Shown here one piece after another: positions 27,490 to 35,435 of a stretch of DNA of 44,024 nt. The stretch lies in IMG/VR virus record IMGVR_UViG_3300045988_137191. One strand, written 5' to 3'. Numbering within the stretch: position 1 is the first letter of the stretch; each line of letters opens with the position of its first letter. The position numbers were made by a program, and so were the translations under genes. Source of the stretch: a virus. Below the pieces are notes generated by a model. It did not search any database and was not told the DNA's origin. It saw only the letters and a program-made list of their open reading frames with translations.

Positions 27490-28101
27490 ATGAGTCAGAC
27501 TGTTGCCCCCGCTTCCCGTCGTTCTCGTCGTACCCCCGTTGAACCTGTAACCGCTCAGGAGAGCCCCATGTCCCAGATCGTTGTTGAAGACCTGACCGCT
27601 GAATCCGTTGCCCCCGTCACCTCCGCTGAACCCGAAACGACTGCCCCGAAGCGTGAAGTTTCCGAAGCGGCGAAGGCCGCTCTGAAGGAATACCAGGAAG
27701 CCTCCAAGAAGGCGAAGGCGTTCCTCGCTGAGGTGATCCTCGGCAAGCACCCCCAGCTCGTGCTCCCGAACGAAGTCCTGGAAGCGATTCGTGTTCTGGT
27801 TCCCATCCGCAATGCCAAGCAGGGTCATGCCGCTCCCCGGAACGCTAAGCAGCAGGTTCTGGACAAGCTCCTCGATCTGTTCATGGCGAACGACGGCAAG
27901 GTCACTTTGATGCAGGTGTTCAAGGAGTTCCGCATGGGTGAAGGCGAAATGCGCGTCCGCATGCGCAACGCGATCCACGACCGCAAGCCCGAAGAGCGTA
28001 TGTGGATCACCTATGACTCGGATACCGAGACCTACACCTTGGAAGAGGTTGGCGTGAACCCGCCCGCCGGATGGACTGGCACTCTTCCCAAGAACAAGTA
28101 A
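27490..28101 (+). CDS. Early hypothetical protein with a disordered Ser/Pro/Thr/Glu-rich N-terminus
   Basis: 203 aa counted from the ATG at 27490, which follows an AAGGAGA ribosome-binding site. The longer track ORF runs back across the promoter. Confidence 0.55.
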   Translation: MSQTVAPASRRSRRTPVEPVTAQESPMSQIVVEDLTAESVAPVTSAEPETTAPKREVSEAAKAALKEYQEASKKAKAFLAEVILGKHPQLVLPNEVLEAIRVLVPIRNAKQGHAAPRNAKQQVLDKLLDLFMANDGKVTLMQVFKEFRMGEGEMRVRMRNAIHDRKPEERMWITYDSDTETYTLEEVGVNPPAGWTGTLPKNK

Positions 28102-28134
28102 ATCTCCTGTCTAACCCTAACCACTTCCCTATAA

Positions 28135-28165
28135 GCCCCATGTGTGCCTGCATGGGGCTTTTCTT
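28135..28165 (+). terminator. Rho-independent terminator
   Basis: GCCCCATG-tgtgcctg-CATGGGGC followed by TTTTCTT. Confidence 0.7.
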
Positions 28166-28261
28166 ATATGTAAAGACCTAAACGGCGCAAGCCGTTGGAA
28201 TTGTACAAGTTACTCCAAATTGCGATTCTGAGTGTACTTTGCATGGCAACGTAAGCCCATA

Positions 28262-28365
28262 CCTACCCCGCCCCCGGTTTGCCCCGCCCGCTCCCCTCCC
28301 TGCCCCGGCAAAGGGCAAATTCCTGCCCCCGGTAGCCCCCGGTTGCCCCCGGTAGCCGCCCGGCG
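28262..28365. repeat. GC-rich cluster of direct repeats (CCCCCGGT[A/T]GCC, at least three copies, plus CCCCGCCC-type units)
   Basis: cccccggtttgcccc / cccccggtagccccc / ggttgcccccggtagccgcc lie immediately upstream of promoter B. Confidence 0.6.
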
Positions 28366-28382
28366 CGGTTCCAACAAAATGC

Positions 28383-28411
28383 TTGCTTTTCCGCTCGGAA
28401 TGGTGCATAAT
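28383..28411 (+). promoter_or_regulatory. Rightward promoter B (TTGCTT, 17-nt spacer, CATAAT)
   Basis: ATGCTTGCTTTTCCGCTCGGAATGGTGCATAATGG. Apart from 4 nt between the -35 element and CTCGGAAT and 4 nt before the -10 element, it is identical to promoter A. The downstream ATG at 28419 would lie at the predicted transcription start, giving a leaderless mRNA. Confidence 0.55.
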
Positions 28412-28418
28412 GGTTTCT

Positions 28419-29009
28419 ATGAAAGAACCCCGTGATCTTAATGCTCTCTTCTCTTGGCTCGAGAACCAGAGCAACTCATCTATAGCCGAGAACCTCTACA
28501 ACCTATTGTATGAGGGCGGACTTACCGACGCTGAGAAGGAGTACGTCTATTCGATTGCTAATCGCAAGAGAGCGACGAACTCCACGCTCAGCGATGATGA
28601 TATATTGACTGATGAGTTCCTTGAGATGTATGCTGAGTATCGTTCCCTTGGCTTGTCAAGCGAAGACGCTGCAGGACTCATTGGAATTTCTTCGGAGCGA
28701 ATGAAGAGTCTGTTGCTTGGAGGGAGCATTCAGGACAGGCGTCGCCACGCTGAGCTTCTCAAGATTGAACGCAGGTCGGATCTTATCCTAAAGAAGACGT
28801 GCTTGTCCACGATCGTGAGAGCGACTGAAAACGGTAATACCAAGACAGCTATGATGTTGCTTGAACGCAAGTGGCCCTCCGAATGGAGCAGTAAGGACGC
28901 TGGAGTCCAGACCAACGTGTTCGTGTCCACTGATGACTACGCTAAGAAGGCGCGTGCCGCGTCTGAACGCTTGAAGGAACTCAGGAGAATGCGCCGTGAG
29001 GAAAATTAA
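28419..29009 (+). CDS. Putative terminase small subunit or helix-turn-helix DNA-binding protein
   Basis: 196 aa. It has a central helix-turn-helix (LGLSSEDAAGLIGISSERMKSLL) and a basic C-terminus. It heads the late operon. The start is uncertain: it could be the leaderless ATG at 28419 or the ATG at 28410. Confidence 0.35.
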   Translation: MKEPRDLNALFSWLENQSNSSIAENLYNLLYEGGLTDAEKEYVYSIANRKRATNSTLSDDDILTDEFLEMYAEYRSLGLSSEDAAGLIGISSERMKSLLLGGSIQDRRRHAELLKIERRSDLILKKTCLSTIVRATENGNTKTAMMLLERKWPSEWSSKDAGVQTNVFVSTDDYAKKARAASERLKELRRMRREEN

Positions 29010-29439
29010 CGATTTAATCGTTCATTGTGCTGCCACGTATGACACGATGGACATTGGCGTGAAGGAGATCCGTAAGGTTCACGTCGATGAAAACGGCTGG
29101 AAGGACATTGGCTATCACTTCGTCATTCGTCGTGATGGAACCGTAGAGAAAGGCCGTGACGTGAGCGTTATCGGAGCCCATGTGCTCAATCACAACGCGA
29201 ACTCCATTGGGATTTGTTTGGCAGGTGGCCTGAGCAAGAAGGACGGCAAGACCGTTAACTGCGTGAACTACACTCCTGAGCAGTACAAGTCGTTGTATGC
29301 GCTTCTGCTTAAGCTGAAGTCCGAATATCCTCATGCAGGTCTGCATGGTCATCAGGATTACGCCAACAAGTTCTGTCCCGGATTCGATGTTCGTGAATGG
29401 TGGACAGGCTACACTGGAAAGAAATGGGAGGATGTATGA
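28996..29439 (+). CDS. N-acetylmuramoyl-L-alanine amidase endolysin (PGRP/Amidase_2, T7 lysozyme-like)
   Basis: 147 aa. The zinc ligands appear as HCAAT, GYHFVI and H...CPG. The pattern matches T7 lysozyme. Confidence 0.8.
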   Translation: MRKINDLIVHCAATYDTMDIGVKEIRKVHVDENGWKDIGYHFVIRRDGTVEKGRDVSVIGAHVLNHNANSIGICLAGGLSKKDGKTVNCVNYTPEQYKSLYALLLKLKSEYPHAGLHGHQDYANKFCPGFDVREWWTGYTGKKWEDV

Positions 29440-29978
29440 AGCCCTTGAGTACGGTCGCACGATGGTTCTATTCGTTCGTGATGTTTTTCGCACTGATTGC
29501 CTTTAACGGCATGGCGTCGGGATGCACCAAGGACGAGGTGGCGTTGAACTCCTACAAAGTCCTTGAGTCCTCCAAGGTAACGTACTACGCGGTCATGCAG
29601 AGCGCAAGCGCGATGCACCAACGTGGATCCTTGTCGGACGATAAGTACGGAGAGCTCAAAGAAGCGGCTCTCATTTACGTTGACTCATATCTGGTTGCAG
29701 TTTCGGCCCTTGCGACCTATGCTGAGCTCAACGAGGCTGACAAGGGCCTCAGCAAGGATGACAAGCGAGCCCTGCTGGAGCAGAAGGTTGATATTGTGAC
29801 CAAAGGCTTCAACGAGTTCATCAAGAAGGCCATTCAGCTTGGGGTGGACGCGAAGGAGCTGAAGACGACCGCCATTGCCGACGGGAGCATGGTTCACAAG
29901 AACCTGAATGCACGGGCGGCTCCGTTCACTGACCACGTTACAAAGTCATGGATCAACCTTCCGGTAATGGGGAACTAG
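29436..29978 (+). CDS. Lysis-associated lipoprotein (candidate spanin component)
   Basis: 180 aa counted from the Met at 29436. There is a signal peptide and a lipobox (LIAFNGMASGC), then a helical-rich periplasmic domain. An ATGA overlap joins it to the amidase gene. Confidence 0.5.
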   Translation: MKPLSTVARWFYSFVMFFALIAFNGMASGCTKDEVALNSYKVLESSKVTYYAVMQSASAMHQRGSLSDDKYGELKEAALIYVDSYLVAVSALATYAELNEADKGLSKDDKRALLEQKVDIVTKGFNEFIKKAIQLGVDAKELKTTAIADGSMVHKNLNARAAPFTDHVTKSWINLPVMGN

Positions 29979-29979
29979 C

Positions 29980-30141
29980 ATGAGCAAGCTCGACAAGAAT
30001 GCAGTCCTTGAAATCCTGTTGCTGGCAATTCAGATTGGCGTTCCCGCCGTTAAGAAGCTGATCGAAGCGTGGGACAAAGACGAAATCACGCTCGAAGAAA
30101 TTAAGGCTCTGGCCGATATAAAACGGCCAGATGAGTTCTGA
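29980..30141 (+). CDS. Small 53-aa protein with a hydrophobic helix (not in the ORF track)
   Basis: It reads MSKLDKNAVLEILLLAIQIGVPAVKKLIEAWDKDEITLEEIKALADIKRPDEF. It starts 2 nt after the lipoprotein stop, in the lysis cassette. Confidence 0.3.
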   Translation: MSKLDKNAVLEILLLAIQIGVPAVKKLIEAWDKDEITLEEIKALADIKRPDEF

Positions 30142-30163
30142 GACTTGGTGATGGAGATAAGTA

Positions 30164-30526
30164 ATGAACGAACCTTTTTCAGCAGACTATATCTCCATCG
30201 TCAAACGTCTTGTTCCCCTTATGCTCACGGGAGGAGTTATGGCGATCATTCTCCATTCCTCCGAGATAATGAACAAGCGTCCTTGGTTCCGGGTCGTTAG
30301 TGAAGCAATCTCGATTTTCGCAATAGGCTCAGCCGCCGCGTTCGTTTCAGCATTGGCGATTCCGTACTTGCCTTACATTGATAATCTGCCTGAGACGCAT
30401 CTGCTGGTGGCTGCAATGGCGGGAGTAGGCGGTCAGAAGACATTTGACTTCATCCAGAAGAAGGTCTTCAAGATATTGTATGGAATGGGCGAAGTGAAGG
30501 GGATACGCAGTAGCGATGGAAGATAA
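30164..30526 (+). CDS. Holin candidate (three predicted transmembrane helices)
   Basis: 120 aa. It has three hydrophobic segments and a charged C-terminus, and it sits in the lysis cassette. Confidence 0.5.
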   Translation: MNEPFSADYISIVKRLVPLMLTGGVMAIILHSSEIMNKRPWFRVVSEAISIFAIGSAAAFVSALAIPYLPYIDNLPETHLLVAAMAGVGGQKTFDFIQKKVFKILYGMGEVKGIRSSDGR

Positions 30527-30740
30527 ATTACTGGAAGCTCTGAAGTGGGCGTGTCACATCACGAATATCCAAAAGATATGCGAGAACTGTTCAAACGAGG
30601 AGTTTGAGGCTTGCCAAGCCCAATGTGCCGCTGAGAACAAGATGAGCCCTTCCAGAGCGTATAACCGCAAGAAGGTTGAATGCAGATTAAGACTCGCGCT
30701 TGCCCATGTTGGATTGGATGTGCGCGATCTTTATAAATAG
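30516..30740 (+). CDS. Hypothetical small Cys-containing protein
   Basis: 74 aa. It contains CENCSNEEFEACQAQC. Context only. Confidence 0.3.
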   Translation: MEDKLLEALKWACHITNIQKICENCSNEEFEACQAQCAAENKMSPSRAYNRKKVECRLRLALAHVGLDVRDLYK

Positions 30741-30777
30741 GCGCAAGCCACGCATCGCTCAGCGTCTCCAAGAGCGA

Positions 30778-30842
30778 GGTTCCCCTAGATCTATGTGTAA
30801 GTGAGGGAATCCATTTGCATGTAGGCGGGGCCTAGGGGAACC
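30778..30842 (+). promoter_or_regulatory. Perfect 11-bp inverted repeat (GGTTCCCCTAG, then 43 nt, then CTAGGGGAACC) immediately upstream of the large terminase start, overlapping its ribosome-binding site
   Basis: The repeat was read directly. The right arm contains the AGGGGAA sequence 4 nt before the ATG at 30846. Confidence 0.5.
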
Positions 30843-30845
30843 ATT

Positions 30846-32258
30846 ATGATTCACTCTCTGTTCGATTACTGTGATCGCGTTGCAGGCGAGGAGAAGCGAG
30901 CGTTTGTAGATCTGGAGTACGAGCATCGCTTATGCGAAGCACTAGAGATGTGCGTAATGGGTGAGCTTCCCAATGGGAAGAAGAACCTGATCATAAACGT
31001 CCCTCCTCGCTGTTTTAAGACGACGTTCACTTCGCAAGGCTTTGTTAGCTGGTGCCTCGCTGAGGTTGCACCTGATTGTGAGTTCATCCTCACTTCGGCA
31101 ACGGCAGGACTGGCAACTGAGAACACAATGGCGGTTCATCGCATCTTGTCTAGCGAATGGCACAGAGCACAGTACCCAGAAACGATAATCTCCCGCGAGT
31201 CTCGAGAGTTGCAAAACTTCTTCAAGACGACAGCGGGAGGAGCCGTTTATGGCGTCGGCTTGGGAGGCACGATAACAGGGTTTGGTGCAGGTAAGGTTCG
31301 CAAGGGTTTTGGCGGAGCGATCATCATTGACGACCCGCTCAAGGCTGACGATGCCAAGTCTCGTGTTAGACGAGAGAACTGCATCTCATACTACCTGAAT
31401 ACGCTCAAGTCACGACGCAATAACGCCCATAACACGCCGTTCATTCTCATCATGCAACGATTGCATGTGGATGATTTGGCGGGATGGTTGCTCAAGAACG
31501 AGCCTGACGATTGGCATTTAGTTTCGTTCCCGGCCCTTGATGGTAATGAGGTGCTGAACCCCGTTACGCTGTCCAAGGACGATCTGGAGACGCTGAAGGT
31601 AGTTGCGCCAACGACGTTCTTTGCTCAGTACCAGCAGTCGCCTCTTATTCCGGGTGGCAACATAATCAAGCTTCCATGGTGGAACTTTTATGATCCTGTG
31701 CAGTATACGCCCAAAGGTCTTAGGTACATCACGGCGGACACGGCGTACAAAGAGCATGACGATAACGACCAGTCGGTTGTGCAGTGCTGGGAAGGAACTG
31801 AGAGCGGGCTTTACTTCATTGACTCCATGTACGGCAGATGGGACTTCCCTAAGCTGTTGCTCAATTCCAAGCTATTTTATAACGTGATGGACAAGCCAAG
31901 GGAATTTTGGATAGAAGACAAGGCGAGTGGAACTCCGTTGGAGCAGACGCTGAGCGATACGGGATTGCCTGCCTTTGCATGGAATCCTAGCAAGTTCTCA
32001 TTCCCAGCGGACAAGGTGGCAAGGATGCAAGAGGCCTCGTGGTTCGTCCATGGAGGCAAGGTGTTCCTACCCTTGGGGAATGTTCCGGTGCGGATAGACA
32101 AGGATACGGTTGTTAATGTGACTCCAGGAGCCGCCGCTCTGATGGAAGAAGCCGCCGCGTTCGCTAGGGATATGTCACATGCGCATGACGACCATTGTGA
32201 CGCGTTCACGATGGCTGTAAGTTTATACAAAGACGCTGGCGGAAATGTCAGTTTGTAG
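30846..32258 (+). CDS. Terminase large subunit
   Basis: 470 aa. It has a Walker A-like motif (NVPPRCFKT), a Walker B motif (AIIIDDP), and a C-terminal nuclease domain with acidic residues (HAHDDHCDAF). Confidence 0.8.
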   Translation: MIHSLFDYCDRVAGEEKRAFVDLEYEHRLCEALEMCVMGELPNGKKNLIINVPPRCFKTTFTSQGFVSWCLAEVAPDCEFILTSATAGLATENTMAVHRILSSEWHRAQYPETIISRESRELQNFFKTTAGGAVYGVGLGGTITGFGAGKVRKGFGGAIIIDDPLKADDAKSRVRRENCISYYLNTLKSRRNNAHNTPFILIMQRLHVDDLAGWLLKNEPDDWHLVSFPALDGNEVLNPVTLSKDDLETLKVVAPTTFFAQYQQSPLIPGGNIIKLPWWNFYDPVQYTPKGLRYITADTAYKEHDDNDQSVVQCWEGTESGLYFIDSMYGRWDFPKLLLNSKLFYNVMDKPREFWIEDKASGTPLEQTLSDTGLPAFAWNPSKFSFPADKVARMQEASWFVHGGKVFLPLGNVPVRIDKDTVVNVTPGAAALMEEAAAFARDMSHAHDDHCDAFTMAVSLYKDAGGNVSL

Positions 32259-32266
32259 GTGGTAAG

Positions 32267-33724
32267 ATGTCGCGATCTCGTTTGTCTTTGGGATTTTCCC
32301 GCCGTCTCCATAGAACCCGGACGAACAATACGCTCGTTACCGGGTCTAGCGGCGCAGGTACGACGAATGACAGGGGAGCGACTCAGGTCACGGGATTCAC
32401 GTCTCTCTCCCCGTACTACAATAATAACTTTCTCGCTCGGTACCAGACGTATGTAAACCTTTATGAGACGTCATGGGAAGTGCGAAAGATCATTGACATT
32501 CCGGTGGACGACGCTATGCGAAAGCCCACCATTCGAGAAGGACTGTCTCCCGAAGACGAGCTGATGATTGCGAGGGCGTGGGAAGACCTTGGTGTTGAAC
32601 GCCAGTTGCGTCGTGCCATGAAGCAGGAACGCTTGCTTGGTGGTTCAGTCATCCTTGGTGTCATGCTGCTCCAAGACGGAGAAAAGCTCAGCGAGCCCCT
32701 GAATCAGCAGAACCTGATGAAGGGAGACCTTAAAGCCCTCAACGTGATCGACCTTTCCAAGCTGTCCCGCTCTCGCGTCACTTGGGATCCGTTTCAGCCC
32801 GACTACGATAGGGTGGACAGCCTCAACATTGATGGAATAGAGGTAGACGCCTCTCGAATGGTCGTGCTTGACGGCAATGCGCTCTTCGGAAGGAACAGCC
32901 AACGTCTCATGCAGAACTTCAGGTACAATCCTTTGGGGTTCGGCGAGAGTAAGATTGCCCCGCTCTATGACGTCCTTTGCAGGTCGTTGGGCACTCAGCA
33001 AGCGGCCTATCAGCTTGTGAACATGGCTTCGGCTATCATCCTTTCGGTTGAGAATTTGCGTAACATCAAAGCGTTGGATTCGGGTGCGGAAGGGAAACTG
33101 CAAGAAGTAGCTCGCCAGCTTTCGGTCTACAATGCCGCATTGGTGGACGGAAAGGATGTTAAGGTGGAGTCGCTCTCGGCTTCCTTTGGTTCTGTCCCTG
33201 AGCTTCTCGTCACCTATACGCAGTTCCTTGCGGCGGCGTCTGACATACCGATTACTCGGTTCTTGGGTTCGTCGGCAGGTGGCCTGAATGCGACTGGTGA
33301 AGGCGACTCGCGAAACTATTATGACATGGTCGACTCGATCATAAACAATACGCGGAAACCCGCTGAACAACGTTGTTTGGATTGGATTGGACCTAGTGTG
33401 TTTGGCTATGAAGAATGGAAGCGAAAGTCAGCCAACCTTGTTCTCTCGTATGAGCCCCTTTGGAACCTTGACGCGGTTCAGCAAGCGACTCGTGATGAGA
33501 TTATTACTCGCACTGTGGTCTCTATGTATCAGGCTGGATTTATTTCGGGCGAAGCCGCAGTAAACGAGCTGAACGCTAGAGAGATCTATGAGACCAAGCT
33601 CAAGGCGGAAGAGGCGTTGTTAGGCTCTGACCTTGATACTGGGGATTTGCTGGAGGGCAAGGATGCCTATTCAAGTCGCGGGTTCACCCCGACGGGGACG
33701 ACCCAACAGACCAATCCGAGCTAG
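32267..33724 (+). CDS. Portal protein (Mu gp29-like)
   Basis: 485 aa. It directly follows the large terminase and precedes the Mu F-like gene. Confidence 0.7.
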   Translation: MSRSRLSLGFSRRLHRTRTNNTLVTGSSGAGTTNDRGATQVTGFTSLSPYYNNNFLARYQTYVNLYETSWEVRKIIDIPVDDAMRKPTIREGLSPEDELMIARAWEDLGVERQLRRAMKQERLLGGSVILGVMLLQDGEKLSEPLNQQNLMKGDLKALNVIDLSKLSRSRVTWDPFQPDYDRVDSLNIDGIEVDASRMVVLDGNALFGRNSQRLMQNFRYNPLGFGESKIAPLYDVLCRSLGTQQAAYQLVNMASAIILSVENLRNIKALDSGAEGKLQEVARQLSVYNAALVDGKDVKVESLSASFGSVPELLVTYTQFLAAASDIPITRFLGSSAGGLNATGEGDSRNYYDMVDSIINNTRKPAEQRCLDWIGPSVFGYEEWKRKSANLVLSYEPLWNLDAVQQATRDEIITRTVVSMYQAGFISGEAAVNELNAREIYETKLKAEEALLGSDLDTGDLLEGKDAYSSRGFTPTGTTQQTNPS

Positions 33725-34505
33725 TGGAGTAGGCGGCTCTGTACGGCAAGCTCGTCAGTTATACGCTGAGTTGCAGAAGCTCGTTGGGCCTATGGTTGAC
33801 GACCTTATGAGCATGGTTCCATGGCTTGAGTCAAGACCCGGCCCGGCGGCAGCCGCTTATGCGCTTCAAAGCAACAAAGAGAAATGGAGACGAGTCTTAG
33901 GGCCTTCCATACGAGGCATAGCCGGACGTTGGGTTCACGCTGTTTCAGAGCGTGACAGACTGAAGCTCCAAGCGAGCTTGGCTAAAGCTCTTGGGGTGCC
34001 TTTCGTTTCCATCTTTGACAACGACGCTATAAGGGAGACCGCTGAGCTCATGGGAGCTCAAGCTGTTCACCTCATCACCACCGTTCCTGAGATCTACTAC
34101 GATAAGATCCAGGAAGCCGTGATGAAGACATACCAGCAAGAGCGATTGCCTGAAGGCCGCGGTCTTATTGCTGAGATACAAGAGCTCACGAAAATAACGT
34201 ATGAGCGAGCCAAGCTGATAGCAGTAGACCAGACTAACAAAATGCACGGCATGGTCACTCAGACGAGACAAACGTCAATCGGAATAGAAGAGTACTACTG
34301 GCAAACGGCAAGGGATCAGCGAGTCGTTGGCGACCCTACTGGTCTGTATCCGAAGCCGACCAAACTGCATGGAAATCATTACATTCGTCAGGGCAAGATC
34401 TTTCGTTGGGACGAGCCGCCAGACGATGGACATCCGGGCTGGCCTATCCGGTGTAGGTGCCATGCCAATCCCAAGATTGACTACAGCAAGTTGAAACTGC
34501 AATGA
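33633..34505 (+). CDS. Head morphogenesis protein (Mu F / SPP1 gp7 family)
   Basis: The C-terminal HPGWPIRCRCHANP signature is present. The start is uncertain (33663 or 33792), because the track ORF overlaps the portal gene. Confidence 0.65.
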   Translation: MILGICWRARMPIQVAGSPRRGRPNRPIRASGVGGSVRQARQLYAELQKLVGPMVDDLMSMVPWLESRPGPAAAAYALQSNKEKWRRVLGPSIRGIAGRWVHAVSERDRLKLQASLAKALGVPFVSIFDNDAIRETAELMGAQAVHLITTVPEIYYDKIQEAVMKTYQQERLPEGRGLIAEIQELTKITYERAKLIAVDQTNKMHGMVTQTRQTSIGIEEYYWQTARDQRVVGDPTGLYPKPTKLHGNHYIRQGKIFRWDEPPDDGHPGWPIRCRCHANPKIDYSKLKLQ

Positions 34506-35431
34506 AAAGAGTAGCCTTCTCCAACGCCTTTAATGCTGACTTCAAAGAAGAAAAGCATAAAAGAGATAAAGACGGAAAGTTCTCCAAGTCCGGTTCCGGA
34601 GGGAGCAGCTCAAAGTCGAAAGGTGGAGCTTCGTCTAAGAAGGAAGCCAAGACGGAACCTTCTAAGGCTATTCCGCCCATAAGCGACGACGTTTCATTGG
34701 ATCATATCAACAGCCTGATGGAATATACTGGCAACTCCTTTTCAGTTAACGACGGGCTGCGAAAGGGTAAGCTCAGTGAAAAGGACAAGAAAGTCGTAAG
34801 GCACTTGGATGAGGTAATTGCCTCTTCCAAACCTACCACGGCGGATACTACGGTTTACCGGGGCATCTCTGCAGATTCTGATTTTGCCAAGAAGTTGGCG
34901 TCAGCTAAGGTAGGGGACACGTTCAACGATAAGGCGTTCATGTCCACCAGTGTTGACAAGAACAAGGCTAAAGAGTACGCGCAAGACGCCGCTAACGGAG
35001 AACCTAAGAAAGGCGGTGTGGTGTTGGAGATTAATGTTCCCAAGGGAACCAAGACCGCTAACCTGTCTGGCGAGGCGGATATAAACTCCAACAACGAAGT
35101 TATCTTGGGTCGGGATTCAAATATCAAGGTCTCTTCAGTGACCAAGAAGGGAGGAGAGACGTATGTCACGGTTGATCTTGTAAAGGCTCAACCTGCTCCC
35201 AAAAGCGAACCCAAGGGGTCGCCTCCCGAACCCGTGAGTAAGGTATACCGCAAGCAAGTTGAGACGCTGATCAAGTCAGACGCTAAAGAAGCGAAGACAT
35301 TGGAATCCTTGTACTCAAAGCTCTTGTCTGCCAAAACTGCTGAAGAGCAGTCTAAGCTCAAGAGTGAAGTGAACAAGGTTGTTAAGAAAATAAAAGGACT
35401 CAACATACGTCCACTCAACTTGCGAGGCTAA
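34502..35431 (+). CDS. ADP-ribosyltransferase-fold protein (VIP2/C3/Alt-like), probably packaged in the virion
   Basis: 309 aa. The catalytic Arg appears in TVYRGIS. The STS motif appears as FMSTS. LEINVPKGTKTANLSG...NNEVILGRDS parallels VIP2's LQVPKGSTGAYLS...EKEILLDKDS, with NxE in place of ExE. The N- and C-termini are Lys-rich. An ATGA overlap joins it to the Mu F-like gene. Confidence 0.65.
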   Translation: MKRVAFSNAFNADFKEEKHKRDKDGKFSKSGSGGSSSKSKGGASSKKEAKTEPSKAIPPISDDVSLDHINSLMEYTGNSFSVNDGLRKGKLSEKDKKVVRHLDEVIASSKPTTADTTVYRGISADSDFAKKLASAKVGDTFNDKAFMSTSVDKNKAKEYAQDAANGEPKKGGVVLEINVPKGTKTANLSGEADINSNNEVILGRDSNIKVSSVTKKGGETYVTVDLVKAQPAPKSEPKGSPPEPVSKVYRKQVETLIKSDAKEAKTLESLYSKLLSAKTAEEQSKLKSEVNKVVKKIKGLNIRPLNLRG

Positions 35432-35435
35432 CGTC

